Source of the DNA: Minisyncoccia bacterium
GTDB taxonomy: Bacteria; Patescibacteriota; Minisyncoccia; Phycocordibacterales; UBA918
DNA: 64,000 nt
NCBI GenBank assembly: GCA_041742075.1
Contig: JBGSJJ010000016.1
Span: 19,128 to 83,127 of the forward strand
Direction of reading: 5' to 3'
Shown here: one piece after another, positions 1 through 9,063 of the stretch
Position numbering within the stretch: the first letter of the stretch is position 1
Layout of the letters: every line of letters starts with the position of its first letter
Program-made: the position numbers and the translations under genes
The notes under the pieces: model-generated
Database searches by the model: none
What the model was told of the DNA's origin: nothing
The model's input: the letters and a program-made list of their open reading frames with translations, nothing else

Positions 1-1635
1 CTTGGTCAAAATTCCGGTTCTTACGAACAAACACCAGTGTTTGGTATTGAGACTGACTGGATTAATGGGGCTTTTAATTCCCGGCGTTCACAAGCGGAAT
101 TCAATGTTTATGATGCTACGAGTTCTCGTACTTTCCTAAGTGTCTCAACAGATGGTGCAAATCCAGTACTTATTTTTAACCCTGACGGCGGCAACGTTGG
201 GATTGGTACCAGCACTCCTTCAAGTAAACTTACTGTTGTTGGTGTAATTGAAACAACCGGCGGAATCCGTTTTGCCGATGGCACACTACAAACAACTGCC
301 GCCACTAGTAGCAGCGGTAGTGGCGGAAGCTCGATGGTATCTGGTTGGCCGGATAGCATCCTTTGTACCTCAAGTACCTACGGAGAAAGACCCCTATATC
401 TTGCTAACGGACCCTTCAATGGTGACGGTCATTATTACTACTCAAATGGTCCTAACATTATTGAGTATGATGCAAGTGGTGTCTTCGTCAGTCAGACTGC
501 ACTCGGTAGCCTCGACAACTGTTTCACCGACATCGCCACTCTCTACTCCGAGGGTCGAGCCTTCAACTTTGTTGGTGGCGGTGGTAATCTCTGGACCGCC
601 AGTAGTTCAGATATATTCTTTGGCGGCGACAACGTCGGCATCGGCACCTCTTCGCCAGCATATAAACTTACCGTCTCTCACAATGTTGACTCAAGTACCA
701 CGCCAGGAATTTTCCTTGAAAATACCAGTACTGGTGGATCAGCAGCAACCATGCTCACCTTAAGAAATGATGACGGAGCCGAAGGAGGAATTTTCCTCAG
801 TGGCTCAAATAATTCAGGTATCGGTTTAGCCAATCAAACTGCCTTTTCTGGCTCTGAAGGAGTTGTAATCATGACAAATGGTGGTGTTGCAAACGGCGGT
901 ACTGATACCTTCTCTGTCCGCGTCGGTGGGTTTGCTGAAGACAATGTGCGCCTCACAATCACTTCTACTGGCAACGTCGGTATCGGGACTACTACGCCTT
1001 CCGCTCAACTCACGACCACAGGCACGGTACGCTTCGCTTCGCTTGGTAGTGCTGGCGCAAACCTTATTACCGACACTGATGGCAATGTCACCGTTTCTTC
1101 TGACGAACGCCTTAAGGACATTCAAGACACTTTTGACTCTGGACTAAGTGCCATACTTGGTATTGAACCGATTAAGTACAAATGGAATGCAACCAGTGGA
1201 ATGGAAACGCAAAACGTCTACACTGGGTTCTCAGCTCAAAATATACTCGCTTCCATACCGGAAGCGGTTGCAGAGGATAGTCGTGGTTATCTCACACTCT
1301 CCGACCGACCTATCCTGGCTGCGGTAGTGAATGCAATCAAGGAACTCTTTGCAATGGTAACCGGTATTGAAACGAAAGTAGAGATACTCGAAGAACAAAA
1401 TGAAGAACTCAAAGCCCGCATCGAAGCCCTAGAAGCGGAGCAGGGGATAGTACCACCTGAGCCAGAATCAACTCCTGAACCGGAACCTGAGCCAGCACCT
1501 ACTCTAGAAGAAGAGCCTGAACCGGAAGTAGAACCAATGCCAGAACCAGAGCCAGAAGAAATTGTCCCAGAACCAGAACCAGAAGCACTAGAACCAGCGC
1601 CAGAACCGACTCCTGAACTAGAACCGGAAGTTTAG
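1..1635 (+). CDS. Tail-fibre-like surface protein with peptidase S74 (intramolecular chaperone) domain and Pro/Glu-rich tail; 5' partial
   Basis: Frame is open from base 1. Repeated GNVGIGT..P units, SDERLKDI S74 autocleavage motif, GFSAQ, coiled coil, then a PEPE low-complexity tail. Confidence 0.85.
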   Translation, partial: LGQNSGSYEQTPVFGIETDWINGAFNSRRSQAEFNVYDATSSRTFLSVSTDGANPVLIFNPDGGNVGIGTSTPSSKLTVVGVIETTGGIRFADGTLQTTAATSSSGSGGSSMVSGWPDSILCTSSTYGERPLYLANGPFNGDGHYYYSNGPNIIEYDASGVFVSQTALGSLDNCFTDIATLYSEGRAFNFVGGGGNLWTASSSDIFFGGDNVGIGTSSPAYKLTVSHNVDSSTTPGIFLENTSTGGSAATMLTLRNDDGAEGGIFLSGSNNSGIGLANQTAFSGSEGVVIMTNGGVANGGTDTFSVRVGGFAEDNVRLTITSTGNVGIGTTTPSAQLTTTGTVRFASLGSAGANLITDTDGNVTVSSDERLKDIQDTFDSGLSAILGIEPIKYKWNATSGMETQNVYTGFSAQNILASIPEAVAEDSRGYLTLSDRPILAAVVNAIKELFAMVTGIETKVEILEEQNEELKARIEALEAEQGIVPPEPESTPEPEPEPAPTLEEEPEPEVEPMPEPEPEEIVPEPEPEALEPAPEPTPELEPEV

Positions 1636-1643
1636 CGTCTACC

Positions 1644-1672
1644 TTGACAAATCATTAAAATATAGGTACTTT
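1644..1672 (+). promoter_or_regulatory. sigma70-type promoter for the GH26-GT2 module
   Basis: TTGACA-17 nt-TACTTT upstream of ATG 1750, which has a GGGGGAG SD. Confidence 0.55.
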
Positions 1673-1749
1673 GGGGCTCGGAATGACCGCATCCTGTGGT
1701 CATAATTCTCTATATCTAGAGCCGTAGAATCGGCAGAAGGGGGAGAACG

Positions 1750-3285
1750 ATGAGGTTCTTTGATAACTGTAAGTATGGAGGAGTACTCGGTTGTTTGCTC
1801 GCCTCAAGCGGGCTGGCATCACCGGTCTCGGCCGAGGTTCGCTTCGGCCTTGCGAAAGACCTGGAGTGGAGCAGTGTCGAGCACCGAGCTCTGATGGAGC
1901 AATATGGTGTGGAGATTCCAACCGTCTACTACAACTTGCTTTCACCAGCGAACGTGAAGAATCCGTACGACTGGGTGCAGGTCGAATATCTCGACAAAGG
2001 GTTCGAGACGGTAATCGTCACTCTACTTCTCAATGGTACGGACGAGAGTAGTGCTCAGAGAAGTGAGACGAGCTCCGAAAACGGCAATCGTGCCAAGGGC
2101 AACCATACCGAGATCATCGGCGGGAAGTATGATGAACAGCTCCGTATCCTTGCGAGCGAGATTGCTCGCGACGGACGGCGTGTCTACGTCAACGTCTTTC
2201 ACGAGTTCGATGGTGATTGGTTCGATTGGGGTATCTATGCCGAAGGCAACTCCGTCGAGTCGTTTATCTTGGCGTACGAACATGTGCGTCAGATTTTCTA
2301 CGACGCCAAAGCGCCGGTTGACTTTCTTCTTAACCCTAACCGCCTCGACGGCAAACAGCAGGTGATGGGTGACATCGACGCGTGGTTTCCACGTATCGAT
2401 CCACTCGTTGCAGGGTATGCTGTCTCAAACTACGATCGGGGTTGTACCACAGCTCTGCGAACCAAGCGAGAGCTATTTGCGGAGAAGTTTGGGCCGGCCT
2501 ACGATAAACTGGCTGCCCTGACGAAAAAACCAATCAACTTGGCAGAGGTCGCGACAAGCGGTCTGTGCGGACCACGTGAACCGTGGTACGAGGAAATGCT
2601 TGCCTCCATCTTGGTCTGGTATCCGCAAGTCGACATCGTGACCTTCTACTTTGGTACTGTTCCAGTCGGAGCAGCATCAAACACCGTTCCGATTGTCTGG
2701 GGTTTCCCAACTGATGAAGGTAAGGCGTGGCTGAAGGATCTTGTCCGGCGCTTCAAGGAGCGCGAATCAGCGCTAAGTGAAGTACGAGTGGTAGAAGTAC
2801 CAGTTTCGGCGCCAGAACAACTCGGCGCACGTACCGCAACAGTGCCTGTCTACAGTGCTCCACCTCTGACGCCGCGTGTTACCACCGAGGGTTTCGGTGT
2901 GACTGCGGAAATCGAATCCCCGTGGTCTATCTTTGTCACTGCCGGTTTCGGCGTCGAGTTTGACGCTGATGCGTCTGATGACAGTTCGGGTGCGTTCACA
3001 CGCTTTGTGGCGCGGAAAGGTATTCGTTGGCCGGCCGGACAGTTGTTTGGTTTGCCTGCGAAGCACGGCTTTGATGCTTCTCTGAGTGGTGCATTCACTC
3101 CCGACGAAGCGTACCTGGCTCCTGGAATTCGACACGTTGTTGATTTCCAACTGCCGCGGACACGCTTCGATTGGGGTAGTGTCTCGTACCAGACTGGTTG
3201 CGAGTATCGTGTTCATTTCGACGGCGACGAAGATCCTCGCTGCACGAGCGGACTCGTCTTCAACGCTGGGGGTGACGGACGCTGA
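1750..3285 (+). CDS. Secreted GH26-like glycoside hydrolase with beta-strand-rich C-terminal domain
   Basis: Signal peptide; FHEFDGDWFDWG matches the GH26 acid/base motif (HEMNGxWxxW); KPINLAEVAT resembles the nucleophile region. Confidence 0.7.
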   Translation: MRFFDNCKYGGVLGCLLASSGLASPVSAEVRFGLAKDLEWSSVEHRALMEQYGVEIPTVYYNLLSPANVKNPYDWVQVEYLDKGFETVIVTLLLNGTDESSAQRSETSSENGNRAKGNHTEIIGGKYDEQLRILASEIARDGRRVYVNVFHEFDGDWFDWGIYAEGNSVESFILAYEHVRQIFYDAKAPVDFLLNPNRLDGKQQVMGDIDAWFPRIDPLVAGYAVSNYDRGCTTALRTKRELFAEKFGPAYDKLAALTKKPINLAEVATSGLCGPREPWYEEMLASILVWYPQVDIVTFYFGTVPVGAASNTVPIVWGFPTDEGKAWLKDLVRRFKERESALSEVRVVEVPVSAPEQLGARTATVPVYSAPPLTPRVTTEGFGVTAEIESPWSIFVTAGFGVEFDADASDDSSGAFTRFVARKGIRWPAGQLFGLPAKHGFDASLSGAFTPDEAYLAPGIRHVVDFQLPRTRFDWGSVSYQTGCEYRVHFDGDEDPRCTSGLVFNAGGDGR

Positions 3286-3332
3286 GTGATGAAAGAAAGC
3301 ACGCAGTGTAATCAAACCTGAAGGGAGGGGAA

Positions 3333-4706
3333 ATGGGTAAAGTCTACTACGACCTCTTCCTGAAGGGGGTTATAAGCTGGTTTGTTGTTATTTGGTTTTT
3401 GATTGCCGGAGTGATGGCGCATCGTCGCTTTGAGGGTTGGCTCTACGAGCAGCACGAACGTGACGTTGTAGCACCACGGCGACGTCACGCAGTGCATGTC
3501 CATAAGCGTAAACACGACGCGACCACTATCGTCACGTGTGCTAAAGAGGATCCTGAAGTGTTCGAGCTTGCTATGCGCAAGTTGCGGGCACAGAAGGGAC
3601 TCAGAAAGCACGCCATCATCGTGATCATGGATGCCATCGACGACCCAAACAACCCAAGTCCCGACGACCGTCGGTGCTTGGAGATTGCGAAGTGCTACGC
3701 AGACCTTGTCTACATAACGAATGCTCGCGATAAGCGACTGAACCTCTCAAACGGAGTCAGGTTAGCTCGCGAACGCGGTCTTCTCTATGACCGACTCGCG
3801 CTGATGGACTCTGACACGGTCTGTGACCATGACTGGGTAATGGCGTATCTAGCGTATGAGTTTGAGAACCCGGTGGTGGGTGGTGCGACGACTGCTCAGC
3901 GTTGCCTTAAGGTGGGTACCGGGCCGGAGCGTATCAGCGACTGGCTCGAGAATGCTCGCCTCAAGTCTTCGATGGCGGCGGGCAGTCGGCATGGCCAGGT
4001 GGGCTGTTTACCTGGTCGTTTGTACATGGTGCGTACAGTGCTGGTAGAGGAGTTCATCGTACATGAACTCCCGAATGAAGTCTGGACGGGTCTTCGGCCG
4101 ACGCTCCACTTTCCGTTCTATGAGCGCTGGTCAGTGAAGTGTAAAGCTGGTGACGATCGCGCGATTACCAACTGCATCTTGCGACAGAACTATCGTACGG
4201 TACTGGTGCTGGAAGCTGGGGTGAAAACCCTTGTCCCTGATACCTACCGTAAGTTGTGGCGCACGTGGCGTCGCTGGGGTACGTCTTCGCAAGGCTACGT
4301 ACAACGGACCCTCTTCGGTCCTGAGACGTGGCTGTGGCGTAAAAAGTTTGTGCTGTACCACTACGTAACGGACATCCTAATTAGTCATGCCAGCGTCGCG
4401 CTTGTGCTGGGGTGGTTCTACTCGCTCTTTGCGAGCAACGAGAAGATGCTCCTGCCACTGTCGGCGATGGTGTTCCTTAGTTTCTTCGGCATGATGGCGA
4501 CGTTCACTATCAGGCAGTGGGCGCACTTACGCGAGCAGCCCTGGGACTTCTTTCTACTTCCTCGCTTCGTGGGGGTGGTGACGCTCGCTCAGTTCGTTCG
4601 AGTAGCGGCGTTCTGGACACCGTGGCATATCGGTACCTGGTCTACCCGGCAAGGGGTCGACGACGCGGTTGATTCAGTCTACGTTGTAGAGTACCTGGGT
4701 GCTTGA
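3333..4706 (+). CDS. Processive GT2 glycosyltransferase, hyaluronan synthase/NodC-like
   Basis: N-terminal TM helix, MDSD, CLPGRL, GDDRAITN, TWRRW (QxxRW variant), C-terminal TM helices and W.TR. Confidence 0.85.
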   Translation: MGKVYYDLFLKGVISWFVVIWFLIAGVMAHRRFEGWLYEQHERDVVAPRRRHAVHVHKRKHDATTIVTCAKEDPEVFELAMRKLRAQKGLRKHAIIVIMDAIDDPNNPSPDDRRCLEIAKCYADLVYITNARDKRLNLSNGVRLARERGLLYDRLALMDSDTVCDHDWVMAYLAYEFENPVVGGATTAQRCLKVGTGPERISDWLENARLKSSMAAGSRHGQVGCLPGRLYMVRTVLVEEFIVHELPNEVWTGLRPTLHFPFYERWSVKCKAGDDRAITNCILRQNYRTVLVLEAGVKTLVPDTYRKLWRTWRRWGTSSQGYVQRTLFGPETWLWRKKFVLYHYVTDILISHASVALVLGWFYSLFASNEKMLLPLSAMVFLSFFGMMATFTIRQWAHLREQPWDFFLLPRFVGVVTLAQFVRVAAFWTPWHIGTWSTRQGVDDAVDSVYVVEYLGA

Positions 4707-4769
4707 CAGGTGTAGAGTACATGGCAAAATAGGTGTAGATACCGCAACAATAGTTCTTGGAGGCGCCTG

Positions 4770-5120
4770 ATGGCATACACGACTTTCCAGCCGGGCGTGC
4801 TCGTTGCACGCCCGCACAATCGAGCAGCGAAAACGCTCGCGAACATGCTCCGACTGGTGGATCCGGAGCAGCGGCTCATCGCCCACTACCAGCGTCTGCT
4901 GGCGGAGGGTGTGCGCAGCACCCCAGCGGTGCTCTTGAGGGGCAAAGAGAAGCCCTTCTCGATCGTCTCGCCGCCGACGGCGAGCAACCCACTCTGGGTC
5001 CTGCGCGGTGGGTCCAAGCTCGGTCATGGCGACGTGGTCGAGCGTCTGCCCGACTTCGAAGTCTCGTTCGAGCAGATCCGTCAGCTCGGCACGATGAACG
5101 AGCTCTCCGGGCACAACTGA
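4770..5120 (+). CDS. Hypothetical protein (cassette with its own TTGACA promoter and terminator)
   Basis: GGAGG SD, GC3-rich codons, TTGACA overlapping the GT2 stop, downstream terminator. Confidence 0.7.
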   Translation: MAYTTFQPGVLVARPHNRAAKTLANMLRLVDPEQRLIAHYQRLLAEGVRSTPAVLLRGKEKPFSIVSPPTASNPLWVLRGGSKLGHGDVVERLPDFEVSFEQIRQLGTMNELSGHN

Positions 5121-5147
5121 CCAAACCGCTAGCTTAGGCTGGCCCCG

Positions 5148-5180
5148 GGCGCGACCTAATAAGTCGCGCCTTTTCTTTTT
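5148..5180 (+). terminator. Intrinsic terminator
   Basis: GGCGCGAC/GTCGCGCC stem followed by TTTTCTTTTT. Confidence 0.8.
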
Positions 5181-5233
5181 ATATACATAGACCAAATAGC
5201 TAACAGGGGAGGGGAGTAGATTCGTCACTTTGT

Positions 5234-5261
5234 AAAACCTTTCATTCGAATGAAAGGTTTT
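5234..5261. repeat. 28-bp perfect palindrome
   Basis: AAAACCTTTCATTCGAATGAAAGGTTTT. Confidence 0.8.
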
Positions 5262-5342
5262 GGGGGTACCGATATAGCGTAAAAGAGGTACATACAGCGT
5301 ATGATTTTGTGGAGTGTGGGGTGGTGGTGTACATTAGAGTAA

Positions 5343-6131
5343 ATGAAAATAGGATTTTTTGATTCTGGACTCGGGGGACTGACTATTCTAAAGGCAGTTG
5401 CTACACACCTGCCTGAGTATGACTACGAGTACTACGGGGACACCGCTAACCTGCCGTATGGTGATAAAACAGAAGAGGAGATATATGAGCTCACAAAGCA
5501 GGGGATGGAGCATCTCTTTGAACGGGACTGCCTCTTGGTCATTATTGCCTGCAACACTGCTTCAGCAGAAACACTACGACAACTACAAGACACCTTTTTA
5601 CCAAGTGAGTACCCTGACCGAAAGATTCTCGGTGTCGTTATCCCGATGGTAGAGGAGGTAGTAGACTGTAACGCCAAACGTGCAGTGCTTATTGCCACCA
5701 AGCGTACGGTGGAGTCTCGTAAGTACGACCGAGAGTTTGCTAAGTTTGCTACTGCGCCAGAACTTGTTTCTATTGCAACGCCCCAACTCGTGCCACTCAT
5801 AGAGCAGGGTAAGTTAGAGGAAGCGGTAGAGGAAGTCTGTCCGATGGTTGACGAACTCATAGCTAGGGGAGGGGATTCACTTTTGCTCGGATGCACCCAC
5901 TATACACTCCTTAAGGAGCCACTTACCAATCGCTACGGCGAACAACTAATGGTTTTTTCACAAGCGGAAATTATCCCTATGAAGCTCGCAAGCTACTTAC
6001 ATAAGCATTCAGAAATAGCAGAAGCTTTGTCTCGAGGTGGAACCCGAAATATTTATTTTTCCAAACAACAAGTGGGGTATGACCGGATTGTTGAACGTCT
6101 CTTAGGCGGAATTATTGCCCAGTTTGACTAG
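5343..6131 (+). CDS. murI: Glutamate racemase
   Basis: FDSGLGGLT, PYGDK, IACNTAS and LGCTHY motifs. Confidence 0.97.
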   Translation: MKIGFFDSGLGGLTILKAVATHLPEYDYEYYGDTANLPYGDKTEEEIYELTKQGMEHLFERDCLLVIIACNTASAETLRQLQDTFLPSEYPDRKILGVVIPMVEEVVDCNAKRAVLIATKRTVESRKYDREFAKFATAPELVSIATPQLVPLIEQGKLEEAVEEVCPMVDELIARGGDSLLLGCTHYTLLKEPLTNRYGEQLMVFSQAEIIPMKLASYLHKHSEIAEALSRGGTRNIYFSKQQVGYDRIVERLLGGIIAQFD

Positions 6132-6214
6132 CTTTCGCATGACTGTTTGACGTTAATACGAGAGCTTGTTACATTTGAAACTAGAGTAGTCCTCAAAGTA
6201 TCAAGGAGACTATT

Positions 6215-6676
6215 GTGGGAAGAAGAGAAATACGCTCACTGCATGTATTGCTAATGTTTACTTTACTTATACTGAACACACTCTTTACCCAAAAGGTATG
6301 GGCAGAAGAAAGGATAGTTGATATACCACTAAGTGAGCAGGTTACGCGAACAGTTATCGCGTATAAACCATTCATGATGTGTGGTGACAGACAGAGTCTT
6401 ATTGGTTTTAACACGTTAGACCCGGAGACTCTCTTTGAAAAGTGCCAAATGGTGAGTATGCAAACCAGTGATGCATTTTTGCTTGAGATTACATACCAGG
6501 TTCAAGCGGAAGCAACGTATCAAGTGAGAGAGCAAGTATATTCCTTTTATGTTGCAACAATTGTGTCGATTCGGAATCTTGCGGGCGAAGTAGAACAAAG
6601 TGATGAGTTGAATCGTGATTTTGCCCTACACCCCAAGTGGGTCTTTGTTCGCAAAAGTAACCAAGGAGCCAGCTGA
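6215..6676 (+). CDS. Hypothetical secreted protein
   Basis: AAGGAG SD before GTG, hydrophobic N-terminus ending VWA, upstream TTGACG-17-TACATT. Confidence 0.6.
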   Translation: MGRREIRSLHVLLMFTLLILNTLFTQKVWAEERIVDIPLSEQVTRTVIAYKPFMMCGDRQSLIGFNTLDPETLFEKCQMVSMQTSDAFLLEITYQVQAEATYQVREQVYSFYVATIVSIRNLAGEVEQSDELNRDFALHPKWVFVRKSNQGAS

Positions 6677-7098
6677 TGTCGTCGTGGCTGTTACACTGCA
6701 GATATGTGTGCACAGCACGTGTAACTCACTGTCTACTAGATAGTCTACAGAGGAGTCGATAGGCAGATGAATTGTCTAGCAGAAAAAGAAAAATTTCTGT
6801 GTGTGCCGGCTGGTCAGCATGAGAGGCTTGGAGAGCCGTTTCCTGTACTACTGCTAAGTGGCCTCAGTGTGTCTGTTGTCGAAGCGGTGTGCGTTCAAGC
6901 TCTTCGACACAGACGTGCAGCTTATACACTTCCGCTACTCACTTCTGCCTTCAGCTACCAGGTAGTGATAGAAAAGGGGGGGGCATGTGGCGCTGGTGCA
7001 ACCACTTGCTGTATCCAAGCTGATACCGATTGTAGAATTCGAGTAACGACAGAAGCGAATGTAAGGCAACCGTAGTGACTACGCATAATGAAGCAGGT

Positions 7099-7129
7099 AA
7101 GGTCGGCAAAATTCGCCGACCTTTGTTTT
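7099..7129 (+). terminator. Intrinsic terminator
   Basis: AAGGTCGGC/GCCGACCTT stem followed by TGTTTT. Confidence 0.7.
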
Positions 7130-7194
7130 CGTACGTTCTTAAGTGGTCACGTGAGGGGATAGGGCTTTAACGCTCGCTTTAATGGATTACTGAA

Positions 7195-7332
7195 TGTCGC
7201 ACAATATATCTTTTGCGACACAGACAGCTACGCATTCATGCCCCGCTGTCTATGTCGCAAAAGATCGGCGCGATTGTGCGACGGTTGGCATGTTTACTAC
7301 CAAACGTACGCACAATCGCTTTTCGACATAGA
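7195..7332. repeat. REP-like palindrome cluster (TGTCGCA-Nx-TGCGAC(A)): inverted doublet plus a partial third copy
   Basis: GTCGCACAAT/ATTGTGCGAC and ATCTTTTGCGACA/TGTCGCAAAAGAT pair; degenerate copy CGCACAATCGCTTTTCGACATAGA at 7309-7332. Confidence 0.7.
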
Positions 7333-7603
7333 GTATGGGGTCAGGTCCCCTGCGTACTGTATTCAGTAAATGATATTGCGAATGTGCAATGGAGGCTAAG
7401 TTGATTCTGGTCTATTGCGTACCTAAGCTAAACCTCGCGTACATGTGTGTGAGTGACGTCTGGGTTGTTCTAAGTTTCGAATTACATTTCTTGGATTTAT
7501 TGTACTTAAAATTTTGTTTCTCAAACTAGCATTTTGACTCGCAAGTGGATTACGTGTACTCTACCTGCCAGACGTCTCTGTAAACCTTTTGGAGATCAAA
7601 ACC

Positions 7604-7960
7604 ATGACGACTGTCGTAACGTTTGGGGTCAGCCCCGCTACCATGGTTACGTTCCTGAACGAGGAGCTCCGTAAGTATGGTCTTGAGTACCACGTAGATG
7701 GCAACAACCACGCCTGTATCCAAACGATGCCTGCGGTAAGTCCGAGCGACACATTTTTTGGTTTGCTCAAGGACCTCATTGTCGGATCAGGCGAAGCGCC
7801 CTGTAAGGTAGCACGAGTTGACTTCCCGTCTCGCTCAAATAGTGCAGAGCTCCGCATTACCATGCTTGCGCTGTCGTATCGAGAAAAAATTACTGCAGTG
7901 GCTGACTTGTATCTTGAGAAATTTGGCACGCAAGGAGCTGCTGTCCGCATTGACGTTTAG
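7604..7960 (+). CDS. Hypothetical protein (promoter-gene-terminator cassette)
   Basis: TTGACT-17-TACTCT at 7534-7562, GGAG SD before ATG 7604, terminator at 7987-8020. Confidence 0.7.
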   Translation: MTTVVTFGVSPATMVTFLNEELRKYGLEYHVDGNNHACIQTMPAVSPSDTFFGLLKDLIVGSGEAPCKVARVDFPSRSNSAELRITMLALSYREKITAVADLYLEKFGTQGAAVRIDV

Positions 7961-7986
7961 ACTTCCAGGCTCACCACTGAGCTCGC

Positions 7987-8020
7987 AAACGGCCTCATAC
8001 GTATGGGGCCGTTTTTCTTT
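7987..8020 (+). terminator. Intrinsic (probably bidirectional) terminator
   Basis: AAACGGCCTCATAC/GTATGGGGCCGTTT followed by TTCTTT, between convergent genes. Confidence 0.8.
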
Positions 8021-8034
8021 GCGTCGTATCCACC

Positions 8035-9057
8035 TTACTCTTTAGGTAATGTTGGCGTCACTTCAAATGGTTGAAACGATACTCGTACACCTGATTCTGC
8101 ATACGCTTGAATAAGGTTTCTGTACGTATCACTGCCAACCAACTCCTCTGCGGATTTGTCTTGCGATTCTACAATCCAAGTCGTAATAGCGTTGTTTAAA
8201 TTATCATTCACAACAAAATAGCCACCACCATGATTCTTCATGTCTGAAATAGAGTCATTCAGCTCAGTCATCTCCCCTGTTCCACCTTGAGCATTGATTA
8301 TTTTAAAGGAGTTATAGCCTAGAATTGTTTTGCGGTAATCGAGGTAGGCTTCAGGTGCTAACTCAGCCCATTTTTCCGGCGGATATTGTTCGTACGTCCA
8401 AACACCGAGTGGGTCGATCACCCTTTCTGTGTATGTGATAGTTGCATTAAAATTTCTTGAAATGAGGTTTAGGTATGTCTGTGTATTCTTGCGCATCACT
8501 TTGTCTGTATCGCCATGAATCCCCATACCAGTGTACCCGTTTGAAGGTGGGGCTGAAATAGTTTTACTACGAGTAACAACTGAGTCATTGTTTGAGGAAG
8601 CAACTTTAATTGAATGAATAGGATGTGTGTGTACTGACTCGAGTTCAACGACACGTATCTCGTCACCTGTTCGTGAAGCAGAAAGGATTTCCGCTAAGTT
8701 TAAAACTGATGTAACACGTTCGGCTTCCCCGGTAGTGGAAATCCAAAAACCTTCAGCATCAGAAAGTTTTACAAAGTACGCTCCTGTCTCCACGGTGTCT
8801 TCCAGTGCTCCCTTATGTAGTAGCGCTATCCCTTCTTCGTATGTTGCGTTACTTGGAATTTCCGCCGACTCTACCTTTTCAGCGCTCGCTATTGCACCCA
8901 GGATGACAGCTGTGGTGTAGGTAAGATTTCGTGCTTTGTCCATATAGCCACCTTGAACTTTTTCTAAAACAGAAAAATTTAGGGGCTGTAAGTCTCTTTC
9001 GTCTAGTAGGTGTCGAACTGTTGGAGATTCAAGTTTTGAGACAGTTTCAAAGCCCAT
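8035..9057 (-). CDS. Hypothetical membrane-anchored protein with HTHP...PS (JAB/MPN-like) motif
   Basis: 340-aa ORF; hydrophobic TTAVILGAIASA; ESVHTHP...SAPPS...GD. Confidence 0.6.
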   Translation of the reverse strand: MGFETVSKLESPTVRHLLDERDLQPLNFSVLEKVQGGYMDKARNLTYTTAVILGAIASAEKVESAEIPSNATYEEGIALLHKGALEDTVETGAYFVKLSDAEGFWISTTGEAERVTSVLNLAEILSASRTGDEIRVVELESVHTHPIHSIKVASSNNDSVVTRSKTISAPPSNGYTGMGIHGDTDKVMRKNTQTYLNLISRNFNATITYTERVIDPLGVWTYEQYPPEKWAELAPEAYLDYRKTILGYNSFKIINAQGGTGEMTELNDSISDMKNHGGGYFVVNDNLNNAITTWIVESQDKSAEELVGSDTYRNLIQAYAESGVRVSFQPFEVTPTLPKE

Positions 9058-9063
9058 GCGTGT

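Noticed and set aside
1-9. CTTGGTCAA matching the REP start
   Set aside because: Inside a coding frame and the palindrome does not continue.
6767-7075. 102-aa ORF
   Set aside because: Atypical composition, no recognisable motif, overlaps hairpins; treated as probably non-coding.
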